This document shows positions 33,802-43,620 of a stretch of 62,964 bases of DNA, piece after piece (the first letter of the stretch is position 1; the number at the start of each line of letters is the position of its first letter). The notes under the pieces are model-generated. The model was not told the origin of the DNA and did not search any database. It saw only the letters and a program-made list of their open reading frames with translations. The DNA comes from Lentisphaerota bacterium. Its GTDB lineage: Bacteria > Verrucomicrobiota > Lentisphaeria > Victivallales > UBA1829. Position numbers and translations under genes: made by a program. The stretch is taken from assembly GCA_015061565.1 (NCBI GenBank), contig SUWI01000002.1, positions 1 to 62,964 of the forward strand, read 5' to 3'.

Positions 33802-34800
33802 ATGAAAGCTGCTGTATTGAAGGGAAACGGGATCCTGAAAATCGAGGAAGTCCCGCTGCCGGAAATCCGGGGATGGTATAAGATCCGGGTCGCATTTGCA
33901 GGCATCTGCGGTTCGGATCTGGGCCGCGGTTTCAAAAACGGAGCATACCATTATCCGCTGATCATGGGACACGAATTCTCCGGCGTGACGGAATCGGTGC
34001 CGCCCGGCGGGAAATATCCGGCGGGGACCCGCGCCGCGGTCTTTCCGCTGCTGCCGTGCGGCAAATGCGAGTCCTGCCGGCAGGGGCTGATCCAGCTCTG
34101 CAGTCACTACGACTATTTCGGATCGCGGCGGAACGGCGCGTTTGCACAATTTCTTTATGTGCCGGAATCGAATATCATCCCGATGCCGGAACCGGTTTCG
34201 CTGGAGGAAGCGGCCCTTTGCGAACCCGCGGCGGTGGCGCATCATGCGGTTTATTCCCATGCAGTTCAGCCGGGCGCATCGGCCCTGGTCATCGGCGGCG
34301 GACCGGTGGGACTGCTGGCCGCGCAATGGCTGAAAATACGGGGCTGCGGCAAGGTCGCGGTCGCCGATGTTCAGCAGGCCAAACTGGAATTTGCCGAAAC
34401 GCTCGGATTCCGTTCCGTCCATGCCGAAGATTTGGAAAAACTGGATTCTCAGTTCGATCTCTGCGTGGAAGCCTGCGGTTTGAGCACGACGAGGAATGCC
34501 GCGGTTTCGTGCTGCTCGCGTCAGGGACATGTTTTCCTGATCGGCAATCCGGCAGGAACTTTGGAAATGGAACCGCGGATCTATTCATCGATTCTCCGGA
34601 AGGAACTTTCCCTGTCCGGCTCCTGGAATTCGCTTCCCGATCCGGACTGGAAAGAAGTCCTGAACCATGCGGAAAAAGATCTGAAACTGAAGGAAATGAT
34701 CACTTCGGTCCGGCCGCTGTCCCGTGCGGATCAAGTATTCGATGAGATCCTTTCCGGCCGTGGGTTTCAATGCAAAACCTTGTTGAACTGTCAGGAGTAG
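33802..34800 (+). CDS. Zinc-dependent medium-chain alcohol/polyol dehydrogenase (sorbitol / galactitol-1-P dehydrogenase-like)
   Basis: Start at MKAAVLKGNG. It has GICGSDL, GHEFSG, the structural-zinc motif CGKCESCRQGLIQLC and the Rossmann motif VIGGGPVGLLAAQ. The ORF track fuses it to the frameshifted DUF89 gene. Confidence 0.9.
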   Translation: MKAAVLKGNGILKIEEVPLPEIRGWYKIRVAFAGICGSDLGRGFKNGAYHYPLIMGHEFSGVTESVPPGGKYPAGTRAAVFPLLPCGKCESCRQGLIQLCSHYDYFGSRRNGAFAQFLYVPESNIIPMPEPVSLEEAALCEPAAVAHHAVYSHAVQPGASALVIGGGPVGLLAAQWLKIRGCGKVAVADVQQAKLEFAETLGFRSVHAEDLEKLDSQFDLCVEACGLSTTRNAAVSCCSRQGHVFLIGNPAGTLEMEPRIYSSILRKELSLSGSWNSLPDPDWKEVLNHAEKDLKLKEMITSVRPLSRADQVFDEILSGRGFQCKTLLNCQE

Positions 34801-34805
34801 GAACG

Positions 34806-35588
34806 ATGAAAAAGCGGTATCTGGAACAGCTTCAGCGGCATCTGCTGCTGCGGGGTATGATTACCCATCAGTCGGCGGAAAAAATGCTGAAAGTCAGTCC
34901 GGTCACGGTCCGCCGTCTGTTTCGGGAAATGGCGGAAAAACATCTTGCGATCCGGTTCCACGGCGGCATCCGGAGCGTGGACGACGGACGGACGGGAGTC
35001 ATCGGGATTCCGGAGCGGGAAATCACCGAATCGGCGGAAAAGGACCTGCTCGCCCGCCGGGCCGCAACGGAATTCGATCCGGACGGGCTGAATATGATCC
35101 ACGGCGGCACGACGACCCGGCGGATCGCGAAATACCTGACGGCCGGAACCTATCTGCTGGATTCGGTCCTGATCGCGGCGGAACTGAGCCGGATGTATCC
35201 GGGCGGCGACGGTCCGGAAGTTCTGCTGACCGCGGGACAGCTTGACATCAAAGCCGGGTTCCTTTATGGGACCAAAGCGCAGGAGATCATCCGTTCCTAT
35301 TGTGCGGAAGTCTTCGTGACCGGTGTCCGCGGGCTCGACCGGAACGGTCTGCTGGAAACCGACGACCATACGGTCGGCATCATGCGCGCGATGATGGAAT
35401 CTTCCCGCCGGACGATCGTGATCGCCGACCACCGGAAATTCGGCAGGAAAGGCATCTGTCGGCTCTGCGGCTGGGACAAGGTCGATCTGCTGATTACCGC
35501 AGAAACGCCGGAAAACGCCGAAGAGATCCGTTTTTTGAAACAGGCGGGAGTCAAAATCGAATTGGTTCCTTTGAATAACCACAACTGA
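34806..35588 (+). CDS. DeoR/GlpR-family transcriptional regulator
   Basis: Start at MKKRYLEQLQRHLL. HTH: ITHQSAEKMLKVSPVTVRRLFREM. It has a DeoR-type C-terminal sugar-phosphate-binding domain. Confidence 0.9.
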   Translation: MKKRYLEQLQRHLLLRGMITHQSAEKMLKVSPVTVRRLFREMAEKHLAIRFHGGIRSVDDGRTGVIGIPEREITESAEKDLLARRAATEFDPDGLNMIHGGTTTRRIAKYLTAGTYLLDSVLIAAELSRMYPGGDGPEVLLTAGQLDIKAGFLYGTKAQEIIRSYCAEVFVTGVRGLDRNGLLETDDHTVGIMRAMMESSRRTIVIADHRKFGRKGICRLCGWDKVDLLITAETPENAEEIRFLKQAGVKIELVPLNNHN

Positions 35589-35603
35589 AACTGGAGGCTG
35601 AGC

Positions 35604-36470
35604 ATGAAATACGGGATCTATTATGCGTATTGGGAACAGGAATGGCGGGCGGATTATCTGCCATACATCGAAAAAGCCGCAAAACTCGGGTTCGACTGTC
35701 TTGAGATCGCCTGCACGCCGCTGAATTCCTATCCGCTGGAAAAACTGCGGGAACTGCGGAAAGCGGCGGAAGACCACGGCATCTTCCTGACCGCCGGACA
35801 CGGCCCCTCCGCGGAACAGAACCTCGCCTCGGCCGACCCGGCAGTGGTGAAGAATGCGCTGGCGTTTTTCACCGAACTGCTCAAACGGCTGGAGATCATG
35901 GATATCCATAAGATCGGCGGCGGCATTTACAGCTATTGGCCGGTGGATTTTTCCAAACCGGTCGACAAGCCCGGCGACTGGGCACGGTCGGTTGCCAACG
36001 TCCGCAAAATCGGACGCATCGCGCAGGACTGCGGAGTCGATTACTGCCTCGAATCCCTGAACCGGTTCGAAGGTTATCTGATCAATACTTCGGAAGAATG
36101 CTGCCGGTTCGTGCGCGAGGTCGATTGTCCGGCGGTCAAAGTGATGCTGGACACTTTCCACATGAATATCGAAGAAACTTCGATGGGCGGCGCGATCCGT
36201 CAGGCGAAAGGTCTGCTCGGCCATTTCCATACGGGCGAATGCAACCGCATGGTCCCGGGCAAAGGCCGCATGCCGTGGCGGGAGATCGCCGAAGCGCTGC
36301 ATGACATCGGTTATCAGGACACGGTGGTCATGGAACCGTTCGTCCGCATGGGCGGAAAGGTCGGCAGCGACATCAAAGTCTGGCGCGACATCAGCAATGG
36401 CGCATCCATCGAACAACTCGATGAAGACGCCGCCGAATCCGTGAAATTCGAACGTTACATGTTCGAATGA
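35604..36470 (+). CDS. D-psicose (D-allulose) / D-tagatose 3-epimerase family enzyme
   Basis: 288 aa. MKYGIYYAYWEQEW...YIEKAAKLGFDCLEI, VKVMLDTFHMNIEE, GHFHTGECNRMVPGKGRMPW and VMEPFV...GSDIKVWRD closely parallel the Agrobacterium D-psicose 3-epimerase sequence as I remember it. Confidence 0.85.
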   Translation: MKYGIYYAYWEQEWRADYLPYIEKAAKLGFDCLEIACTPLNSYPLEKLRELRKAAEDHGIFLTAGHGPSAEQNLASADPAVVKNALAFFTELLKRLEIMDIHKIGGGIYSYWPVDFSKPVDKPGDWARSVANVRKIGRIAQDCGVDYCLESLNRFEGYLINTSEECCRFVREVDCPAVKVMLDTFHMNIEETSMGGAIRQAKGLLGHFHTGECNRMVPGKGRMPWREIAEALHDIGYQDTVVMEPFVRMGGKVGSDIKVWRDISNGASIEQLDEDAAESVKFERYMFE

Positions 36471-36483
36471 AAAATCCTGACTT

Positions 36484-36522
36484 GCAGCGGTTCTGAAATC
36501 AGGAACGTGCCGCCGCTTTTTT
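36484..36522 (+). terminator. Possible intrinsic terminator after the epimerase gene
   Basis: GCAGCGG-(19 nt)-CCGCCGC (one mismatch) followed by TTTTTT. Confidence 0.35.
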
Positions 36523-36714
36523 CAACGGTTCCGGGCCTCGGTCCGGGGCCGTTTATTTGTATTATAAATTTGTATTATTGCATTCTCCGAAAGAACACCT
36601 GGAACAAAGCCATGATCCGGAAATGCATCCACCGTTCCCGGTAAAATTTTATATTGATATTCAGCAAATTACAACCATTATCCATTTATTTTTCAAAAAA
36701 CATTCTTTTCGCTC

Positions 36715-36743
36715 TTGACAGTTGGAAAAGACCATGATATATT
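36715..36743 (+). promoter_or_regulatory. Near-consensus sigma70 promoter of the cassette-C regulator
   Basis: TTGACA-N17-TATATT. The ORF-track TTG start at 36715 is the -35 box itself. Confidence 0.5.
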
Positions 36744-36765
36744 GTATCAAACAAATAATGGAACA

Positions 36766-38238
36766 ATGGGCTTTATGAAAACCGCGGACATTCACAAATA
36801 TTTCAACATCAATCCCGGTTCGGGGCGGACCCTGACCGCCCAGCTGGAGAAACGGATCGCACGCTTCATCGAAACGCATGAGGACGGAACGCAGCTGCCG
36901 CCGGAAGAAACGCTGGCGAAAGTGCTGAATATTTCCCGGGTGACGGTCCGCAATGCGCTGAAACCGTTTCTGGAAAAAAATCAGATCATCCGGGAAGTCC
37001 GCAAGGGAACGCGCATCCGCAAACCGGCAGCGGCGGAGAATCCGGCGGCCTTGCCGGATCCGCTGGCGCTGGGGATCGTCTGGCGCGAGCTGCCGAAGAA
37101 AACCATCCGCTTTCTTTCCTTCGAAACGCTTCCGCTGCAGCAGGAGTTCTGGAACCGCGTGATTCTGGAATATTCCCGGAAAAATCCTGATATCCAAGTC
37201 AAAATCGTCCCCATGACCACCGACATGCTGTCGGAAAATATAACTTCCCTGCTCCAGGAAAAACAGATCGATCTGTTTCTTTATTCGCATAATTATTCCG
37301 AGCCATTGCCGGAACTGGCCTTGCCGCTGCCGGAAAGTCTGCGGGAACAGATGACCGGTCCGGAATATCTTTCCGGTTCGGAAAGTTTCCGGACCAATCC
37401 GGATTACCGTTATAAGCTGCCGCTGAATATTTCGACCGCGGTCGTAGTCTGGAACAAAGCACTGGCGGAACAGACCGGACTGGAAGACATCCGCCGCCGG
37501 CTGGAAAACGGTCAGCTGACAGAACTGATCGAAGAGGCGGCGTCCCGGCTGCCGGAAGGCTGCTTTGCCTCGGGCCATCCAGGCGATCTGCTGGCCTACG
37601 CCGGCTGTCCGGTTTCCGGTTCCGAGACCGATCAGCTGAAAAAGCAGTTATTCCAGATAGAAAGCCTCCTGAAAACTCCCCGAGCATGCATCACTCCGGC
37701 CAGCCATACGCTGCAGGAACTGATCCGGAAATTCCAGAAGGGACGGATTTTATTCTTTTTGAATAACATGACTGCGGTTTTTGCCGACGGGGAACCGGCG
37801 ATGCCCGTCGAAATGCTGCCCGTTTATCCGGAGCCTGGGTGCCGCAATCTGATCATGTCGCTCGATATCACGCTTTCACGCTTTACCCGAAAAAAAGAGG
37901 AAGCTGCGGATTTCATGCGGTTTCTGATCTCGGAACCGGTACAGAAATGGACCGCCTCGATCAAGCGGACCGCCCCGATCCGGCGGGAAAATTATTATGA
38001 TTTCATGAAACGTGAATTCCAATATCGTCAACGGCAGGCGGATGAATGGCTTCAGCATCATAAACTTTATGAATCCGGCTATTCCCGCGAGGAAAATTAC
38101 CATCGTTTCGCCATTTTCCACTGCCGGGAAGAAATGGAGAATATCGCCGCGGGACGCTGTTCTGCGGAAAAGGCTGCCTCGCTCCTTGGTATGAAATTCG
38201 ATGAACAACTGAAAACCCTGACGGAGGCGATATCTTGA
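36766..38238 (+). CDS. GntR-type HTH regulator fused to an extracellular-solute-binding-protein-like domain (cassette C)
   Basis: Start at the ATG at 36766 (or 36775), downstream of the promoter. wHTH: [41 protein letters not shown]. The C-terminal ~400 aa are SBP-like (memory-based call). Confidence 0.75.
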   Translation: MGFMKTADIHKYFNINPGSGRTLTAQLEKRIARFIETHEDGTQLPPEETLAKVLNISRVTVRNALKPFLEKNQIIREVRKGTRIRKPAAAENPAALPDPLALGIVWRELPKKTIRFLSFETLPLQQEFWNRVILEYSRKNPDIQVKIVPMTTDMLSENITSLLQEKQIDLFLYSHNYSEPLPELALPLPESLREQMTGPEYLSGSESFRTNPDYRYKLPLNISTAVVVWNKALAEQTGLEDIRRRLENGQLTELIEEAASRLPEGCFASGHPGDLLAYAGCPVSGSETDQLKKQLFQIESLLKTPRACITPASHTLQELIRKFQKGRILFFLNNMTAVFADGEPAMPVEMLPVYPEPGCRNLIMSLDITLSRFTRKKEEAADFMRFLISEPVQKWTASIKRTAPIRRENYYDFMKREFQYRQRQADEWLQHHKLYESGYSREENYHRFAIFHCREEMENIAAGRCSAEKAASLLGMKFDEQLKTLTEAIS

Positions 38239-38294
38239 ATGCATCCGGTCCAGAAACAATATCCAAACCTAAAAACAATGAAAGGAATGTCGTC

Positions 38295-38993
38295 ATGAAA
38301 CCAACGATATCTTCACCGCAGCCAGAAAATGTCATCCGGACTTTTACGCTGATAGAGCTTCTGGTAGTGATTGCGATCATCGCGATCCTGGCGGGGATGC
38401 TGCTGCCCGCGCTCAATCATGCGAAAAACATGGCTCGTTCGACCTCCTGTACCAGCAAGATCAAACAGCTGGTGCTTTATCTGAACAATTACAGCGATGA
38501 TCACAATGAATACATGCCGCTTTCGAGGATGAAAACAGGAACCGGACCGGAAACCTGGATGGGCAAAGTCAACACTTACTTGAAACTCACGCAAACGGGG
38601 ACGCACAAAAGTGTTTTCACCTGTCCATCCGATAAACGAACCAAAAAAGACGGATATTACGGCTACATGTTAAGCTACCGGGCCAACATCAATGATTTCA
38701 AATACGATTCGGCTGAGCGCAACAAACGGAATACGATCAAAAAACCGTCCGAACATATCTGGCTGATGGATCATGAAAAAGATGTTTATTTCGATTCCAG
38801 CCAGACCGCGCCCTACAGCTACGGATGGGGAAACCTGCCCAATCAGGAAACCTGTCCGGAAACCATGGTGAAACACAACCTCAAATCCAACACGGGCCAT
38901 CCGGACGGCCATGCCGGCTCGATCAGGCTGCCGACCCGCGCCTGTTCGAAAAACCTCTACTGGTGGACCCGGACGGGCAGCCGTTATAAATGA
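38295..38993 (+). CDS. Prepilin-like DUF1559 / H-X9-DG family protein (cassette C)
   Basis: The ATG at 38295 follows GAAAGGAA. Sequence: [47 protein letters not shown]9-DG motif: [13 protein letters not shown]. Confidence 0.85.
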   Translation: MKPTISSPQPENVIRTFTLIELLVVIAIIAILAGMLLPALNHAKNMARSTSCTSKIKQLVLYLNNYSDDHNEYMPLSRMKTGTGPETWMGKVNTYLKLTQTGTHKSVFTCPSDKRTKKDGYYGYMLSYRANINDFKYDSAERNKRNTIKKPSEHIWLMDHEKDVYFDSSQTAPYSYGWGNLPNQETCPETMVKHNLKSNTGHPDGHAGSIRLPTRACSKNLYWWTRTGSRYK

Positions 38994-39023
38994 TTTGAAA
39001 AGCCAATTCCAAGGAAGGGAAAA

Positions 39024-42000
39024 ATGCGTCTGCTCACGCTGAAAGCATTCTTGTGCCTGTTCGTTTCCGGGTCAGTATTCGCCCCGGCCCACGGGATCAC
39101 CATCCAAGCCGATGTGTTCCCCATGATGGAATTCCCGGCGGTCCACCGTTCCCAGATCCTGACGAAAGGTTATGATTCGGCGGATAATTCCTGGTCGCTG
39201 GACTATTCGCGGGGAAAATACAATGGTAAATCTGCCATCGTTTTCCGCCGCAGCAAGGGAAAAGGTATCTCCGGGAAGGCCGAACTGGAACTGTTCCGGA
39301 CCAGCCGGATCACCCTCTGCGTCGACGGCGGCAAGGCGGAACTTTACCTGAACGGGGAGAAAATCGCCGAACGCGAAGACGTCACGGTCCCGGACAATCA
39401 ATATCCGCTGCTGACCGGGAGATATTACGGCCGGGAAATGGCTTTTCCCGGCAAGGTCTCCGGAGTCAAAATCCTGAAGGAGACCATCCGGCCGGAAAAA
39501 TTCACCTCCGCCGGAAACAGCACCGTTCTGCTGAATTTCCGTGCACCCGCGAAAAAGATCCCTCTCGAACCGGTCCGGGGGAAATGGTTCATGGATCAGC
39601 TCGGTTACGGTGAATCCAGCGATGATCCGGATGTTCAGGCGCTGGCCGTCTGCGACCGGAAAATGCCGGACAATTTTGTTTATACCGTCCGCGTGATCAC
39701 CTTCGACCTGCTGGGAAAGATCATTCTTGAATTCTGCCGCCGGAATCAGGACAACTGCTACCGGCTGGTCGTCGGCGCGGACAACATGAAACGGTTTGCC
39801 AATCTTTACAAAGTGCAGAACGGAAAAGTTTCCCTGCTGGCCATGAAAACGTCGGAAACGGTCAAGATCCCGGTCTCCGGCAAAAAAACCGCGCCGCTGA
39901 CTCTTTCCATCGGCCGCCGGAACGGCATGATCCATTTCTGGATCAACAGCAATGAAATACTCAATGCGCTGGACAGCACGTTCCAAACCGGCGGGATCGC
40001 CTTCGGACTGCACGAAAGGAAAGCGCAGATCGCGGAACTTTCGGTAATCAGTTATTCCGGATACTGTGTTCAGAATCAGCCGGTCCCCCTGCCCGAGCAT
40101 GAAATCCTCCTGAACACCGACAGCTTGAGGACGGTTTTCTATCCGGACGAGAAAATCCGGCTGACCGCGGAAATCATCAACCGTTCGCCGAATCCGGTTC
40201 CGGGAGAAAAAGCGGAGATCGAATTCAATAAAAACCGGAAAAGCCAAACCTTCGATGCCGTTCCCCCGGCGGGCTCGGTGAAACAGCATTTCGAACTGGA
40301 CTGCCGTGATCTGATCATCGGGGAAAATACCGTCAGGATCCGCTGCGGCAAACACTCCGCCGAACTGAAGCTCACGCTGGTCAACCGTCCGGTCGAAGAA
40401 CCTTATCGCTTTTATAACTGGACCCGGTCCGATCTTGACCGGATGAAACAGTTCGGCTTCAATGGCGGCAGCCTGAACATCTCGCCCCGGGATGATATCG
40501 AATACAGCAGAAAGACTATTGCCTCCTGCTGCGATCAGGCCATGAAAAACCATCTGTCGCTGAGTCTGCATATCGCGCTGCTTACCGCGGTCCCCAAGGG
40601 CGGATCGGATATGTGCATCGTCCGGAAAGACGGCACCCGCAGCAATATTCTGAACGCCCGGAATGAAAAGACGGTTAAGTATCTCTGCGACGGAGTGGAA
40701 AAGATCGCCGCAATGATCAAAGATTATCCGGCCTTCCACCGGGTCCTGCTGGATTCCGAGATCGAAAATTATCTGGAACAGGGATATTCCCAGGCGGACA
40801 TTGTCCGGGCACGGGAAGAACTCGGCTTCGAACCGCCGATGTCGGAAACGGCCTCGGTCGAGATCGACAACACCGCCGGCCGCCGTATCTCGGTTCCCAA
40901 AAAAGTCAAGCAGGCCATGCCGGTCGTTTTCCCGCCGGACAACCGGCATTACCAGTTCATGAAATGGTTCTGGGAAAGAGGCGCGGGCGACAACCTGATC
41001 CGGGCGAAACTGGCCGATATCATCAGAAAAACCTGTCCGGGAATGATCGTTTATCATGACCCCTACCGGAACGTCCCGCTGTCCTCGCGGATGGCGGGAA
41101 TGGATGTTCCGGGGACGTGGTATTACTGCCACCCCGACGCGGGAGAAACCTTCATGGCAGTAGAGACCCTGCTTTCCGCCTGCCGCACGGCGAACCAGCC
41201 GGAACAGTTCCAAATCGATCCAAGCCTGTGGCTCTACAGTTATCAGATCGGTCCGGCCAAAACCCGCTGGGCCGGTGTACAGCCGGCGAATATCTACCTG
41301 ACCGCACTGCATCTCAGCCTTGCGGCCAAGCCGTATATGATCGAACTTTACGACCTGAATTTCCTGTTGCCGGAAACCAGACCGCAGCCGCAGTTCAAGG
41401 AAAAGCAGACCCTGCCAATGATCCAGGGTTTCATACAGAACTTTGTCCGTCCGCTGTGGAGCCCGATGCAGCATCTGGACCGGGAACAGTCGAAAACTGC
41501 ATTGATGCTGTCCTTCGGTTCCCAAATCTTCAGCCGGTCCCAGTGGGGCGGCTGGGGACAAGCTCCGGCAAACACCATTCTCAACCTGTTCTGGAAAGCC
41601 CATATCCCGACCGCAGTCCTCACCGAAGAAGGCGTCCGCAACGGAGAACTGGCACGGTATGACCGGATCCTGCTGTATCGGACCAGCCATCTGCCGCAGG
41701 ATGTTTTCGATCAGATCAGGAAATTTGCCGCGAAGGGCGGAACGGTGCTCGCCGAACCGGATTCTCCGTGGGTAAAACTGATCCCGTCCGCAGTTGCATT
41801 CCCGATCGAAACGGAGAAAATCACCAATTCCAGCTTTTACCAGATCCGGAAGAAAGGCGGTTTTACCGCCGATATCGTTTATGCCGAACAGCAGCGGATC
41901 GCCCGTGCCCTGCGGAAATTCCGCAAGCAGAATTCCGGCTTTGCCGACAGTTCTTCCACGGAACTGTATATCCGGACCCTTCAGGCGGATCATTGCAAAT

Positions 42001-42512
42001 ACGTGTTTCTCATGAATGACAAACGGACTTTCGGGGATTACTTCGGCAAAAAATACCGGGCCGTTTACGATGCGGGGCTGCCGCTGACCGCGGAAATCAC
42101 CATCCCCGCGGAAGGCGCGCTTTACGAGTTTCCGGCCCAAAAGAAACATCAGTTGAAAAACGGCAGACTCACGCTCGGTTTCAAGCCGGTGGAAGGAAAA
42201 GTGCTGATCATCTATCCGGATGCAGTATCCGCCGTGAAGATCGGCAAAATCCCCGTTTTCACACCGAAGGAACCCGTAAAAATTGAAATCACCGTGCTGA
42301 ACTCGAAACAGCAGAAACTGAACGGCATCCAGCCGGTCCGGGCCGTCCTGACCAAACCGGACGGGGGCAAAACCGAACTTTTCACTTCAGCCGTGAACGG
42401 CATTGCATCATTCACTTTCATTCCGGCGGAAAACGAACCCGCCGGACCATGGAAGCTGGAAGCGGAAGAACTCGCTTCGGGAACGAAAACAGTCCAAACC
42501 TGGACGCGCTGA
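39024..42512 (+). CDS. Giant secreted protein with LamG/DUF1080-like jelly-roll modules, putative glycan-active enzyme (cassette C)
   Basis: 1162 aa. Signal peptide MRLLTLKAFLCLFVSGSVFAPAHG. Jelly-roll-like segment: YRLVVGADNMKRFANLYKVQNGKVSLLA. I could not assign the rest to a family. Confidence 0.75.
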   Translation: MRLLTLKAFLCLFVSGSVFAPAHGITIQADVFPMMEFPAVHRSQILTKGYDSADNSWSLDYSRGKYNGKSAIVFRRSKGKGISGKAELELFRTSRITLCVDGGKAELYLNGEKIAEREDVTVPDNQYPLLTGRYYGREMAFPGKVSGVKILKETIRPEKFTSAGNSTVLLNFRAPAKKIPLEPVRGKWFMDQLGYGESSDDPDVQALAVCDRKMPDNFVYTVRVITFDLLGKIILEFCRRNQDNCYRLVVGADNMKRFANLYKVQNGKVSLLAMKTSETVKIPVSGKKTAPLTLSIGRRNGMIHFWINSNEILNALDSTFQTGGIAFGLHERKAQIAELSVISYSGYCVQNQPVPLPEHEILLNTDSLRTVFYPDEKIRLTAEIINRSPNPVPGEKAEIEFNKNRKSQTFDAVPPAGSVKQHFELDCRDLIIGENTVRIRCGKHSAELKLTLVNRPVEEPYRFYNWTRSDLDRMKQFGFNGGSLNISPRDDIEYSRKTIASCCDQAMKNHLSLSLHIALLTAVPKGGSDMCIVRKDGTRSNILNARNEKTVKYLCDGVEKIAAMIKDYPAFHRVLLDSEIENYLEQGYSQADIVRAREELGFEPPMSETASVEIDNTAGRRISVPKKVKQAMPVVFPPDNRHYQFMKWFWERGAGDNLIRAKLADIIRKTCPGMIVYHDPYRNVPLSSRMAGMDVPGTWYYCHPDAGETFMAVETLLSACRTANQPEQFQIDPSLWLYSYQIGPAKTRWAGVQPANIYLTALHLSLAAKPYMIELYDLNFLLPETRPQPQFKEKQTLPMIQGFIQNFVRPLWSPMQHLDREQSKTALMLSFGSQIFSRSQWGGWGQAPANTILNLFWKAHIPTAVLTEEGVRNGELARYDRILLYRTSHLPQDVFDQIRKFAAKGGTVLAEPDSPWVKLIPSAVAFPIETEKITNSSFYQIRKKGGFTADIVYAEQQRIARALRKFRKQNSGFADSSSTELYIRTLQADHCKYVFLMNDKRTFGDYFGKKYRAVYDAGLPLTAEITIPAEGALYEFPAQKKHQLKNGRLTLGFKPVEGKVLIIYPDAVSAVKIGKIPVFTPKEPVKIEITVLNSKQQKLNGIQPVRAVLTKPDGGKTELFTSAVNGIASFTFIPAENEPAGPWKLEAEELASGTKTVQTWTR

Positions 42513-42522
42513 AAACGTTTTT

Positions 42523-43608
42523 TCAGCGGAGACGGGCGTTACACTGCTGGAGGAAATCACGCAGGACTTTCGCACGCGGTCCGGCGGAATCATCCGTGAA
42601 ATACACCATCTCCCAGGAGATGAGTTTTTCCGCGACTTCGGCGGCATTGCGCATCTGGTGCGCCACCCGGCGCGGATCGGCGGGAACCGCGGAATTGATT
42701 TGAGAACAATCCCGGCATTCGAAGAGTTCCACATTGCTCCAGAAGCGGATCTTCCTGTCATCGCAGATCCGGCGCCAGACCTTGAACATTTCCACCTGGT
42801 GATCGAGCGTGCTGCCGCAGCAGCCGATCGAATCCTGCGGCGCCATGATATCCAGCTGGACACCTTCCAGGATCGTATCCCACGACTCGATCATTTCATC
42901 AAGCTTGCCCTGATAATATTTCGTGGCCGGCGACATCAGGATCTCGCAGCCCGGATGCAGTTTTTTGAGGCGGCCGCAGAAATCGCGGTAGATGCTGTTC
43001 AGGGTCTTTTCCGTGTAAAGGTCTCGCTCGCCGCGGTAGGCGGTCTCCGGCGCGAAATAAATACCTTTGAACTGTCCGCCGTAAAGCTCGAACAATTCAT
43101 CCTGAACGGCAAAGTGATTCTGTTTTTCCTGTTCGACATAGGCAGGATCCTTGCCCATGCACCAGCCGGAAACCGAACCGTAAGCGCCGAGAAAAACCTG
43201 CAGACCGACCTGTTCAGCGGCGGTCAGAACCTTGCCGATGGAATCGAAAAGCCGGTAGGAGGCGAAACGTTTGCTGGGATAATAAACCGTTTCCAGCTCG
43301 TTCCAGACCGCAGCCTGATAGATCACGGTATCCACGCCGAAACTTTTCAGCAGACGGAATTTCTCCGCCCAGTCTTCGACGGAAGCATGGAGCATGGGAA
43401 CGCCCCGGTAATTCGGCGGCTGGGCGCAGATGAACGTGCCGGTGATCGGCATGGCCGGCACGGCGGGAGCATGCGTTTCCATAAACTTGCGGTTGATTTC
43501 GTTCGCCTCGGCATATCTGGCGTTGGCCTCTTCGATAATGTCGTCGGAAGCTTTGAAGATCACGAAATCATCAACGTTGATGATTTTCCAGTTTTTCTTG
43601 GCAGCCAT
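42523..43608 (-). CDS. DUF4434-like glycoside-hydrolase-type TIM-barrel protein (cassette D)
   Basis: 361 aa. The pattern GTFICAQPPNY...SVEDWAEKFRLLKSFGVDTVIYQ resembles DUF4434 (memory-based). Confidence 0.65.
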   Translation of the reverse strand: MAAKKNWKIINVDDFVIFKASDDIIEEANARYAEANEINRKFMETHAPAVPAMPITGTFICAQPPNYRGVPMLHASVEDWAEKFRLLKSFGVDTVIYQAAVWNELETVYYPSKRFASYRLFDSIGKVLTAAEQVGLQVFLGAYGSVSGWCMGKDPAYVEQEKQNHFAVQDELFELYGGQFKGIYFAPETAYRGERDLYTEKTLNSIYRDFCGRLKKLHPGCEILMSPATKYYQGKLDEMIESWDTILEGVQLDIMAPQDSIGCCGSTLDHQVEMFKVWRRICDDRKIRFWSNVELFECRDCSQINSAVPADPRRVAHQMRNAAEVAEKLISWEMVYFTDDSAGPRAKVLRDFLQQCNARLR

Positions 43609-43620
43609 GATTCACCTTCG

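Noticed and set aside
32860-34800. 646-aa ORF that looks like a DUF89-alcohol dehydrogenase fusion protein.
   Set aside because: The junction segment (EKDREISRPWTNIRIRSRSCSWSNVRSWRGLFRRN...) is out-of-frame DUF89 sequence. The true DUF89 C-terminus and its stop are in the neighbouring frame, and the dehydrogenase has its own start at 33802.
36715-36765. The ORF-track TTG start of the cassette-C regulator at 36715. Similar upstream TTG/GTG starts are listed at 6393, 38235, 60927 and 55910.
   Set aside because: The TTG at 36715 is the -35 hexamer of a near-consensus promoter. In every one of these cases a downstream ATG or GTG with a proper SD exists.
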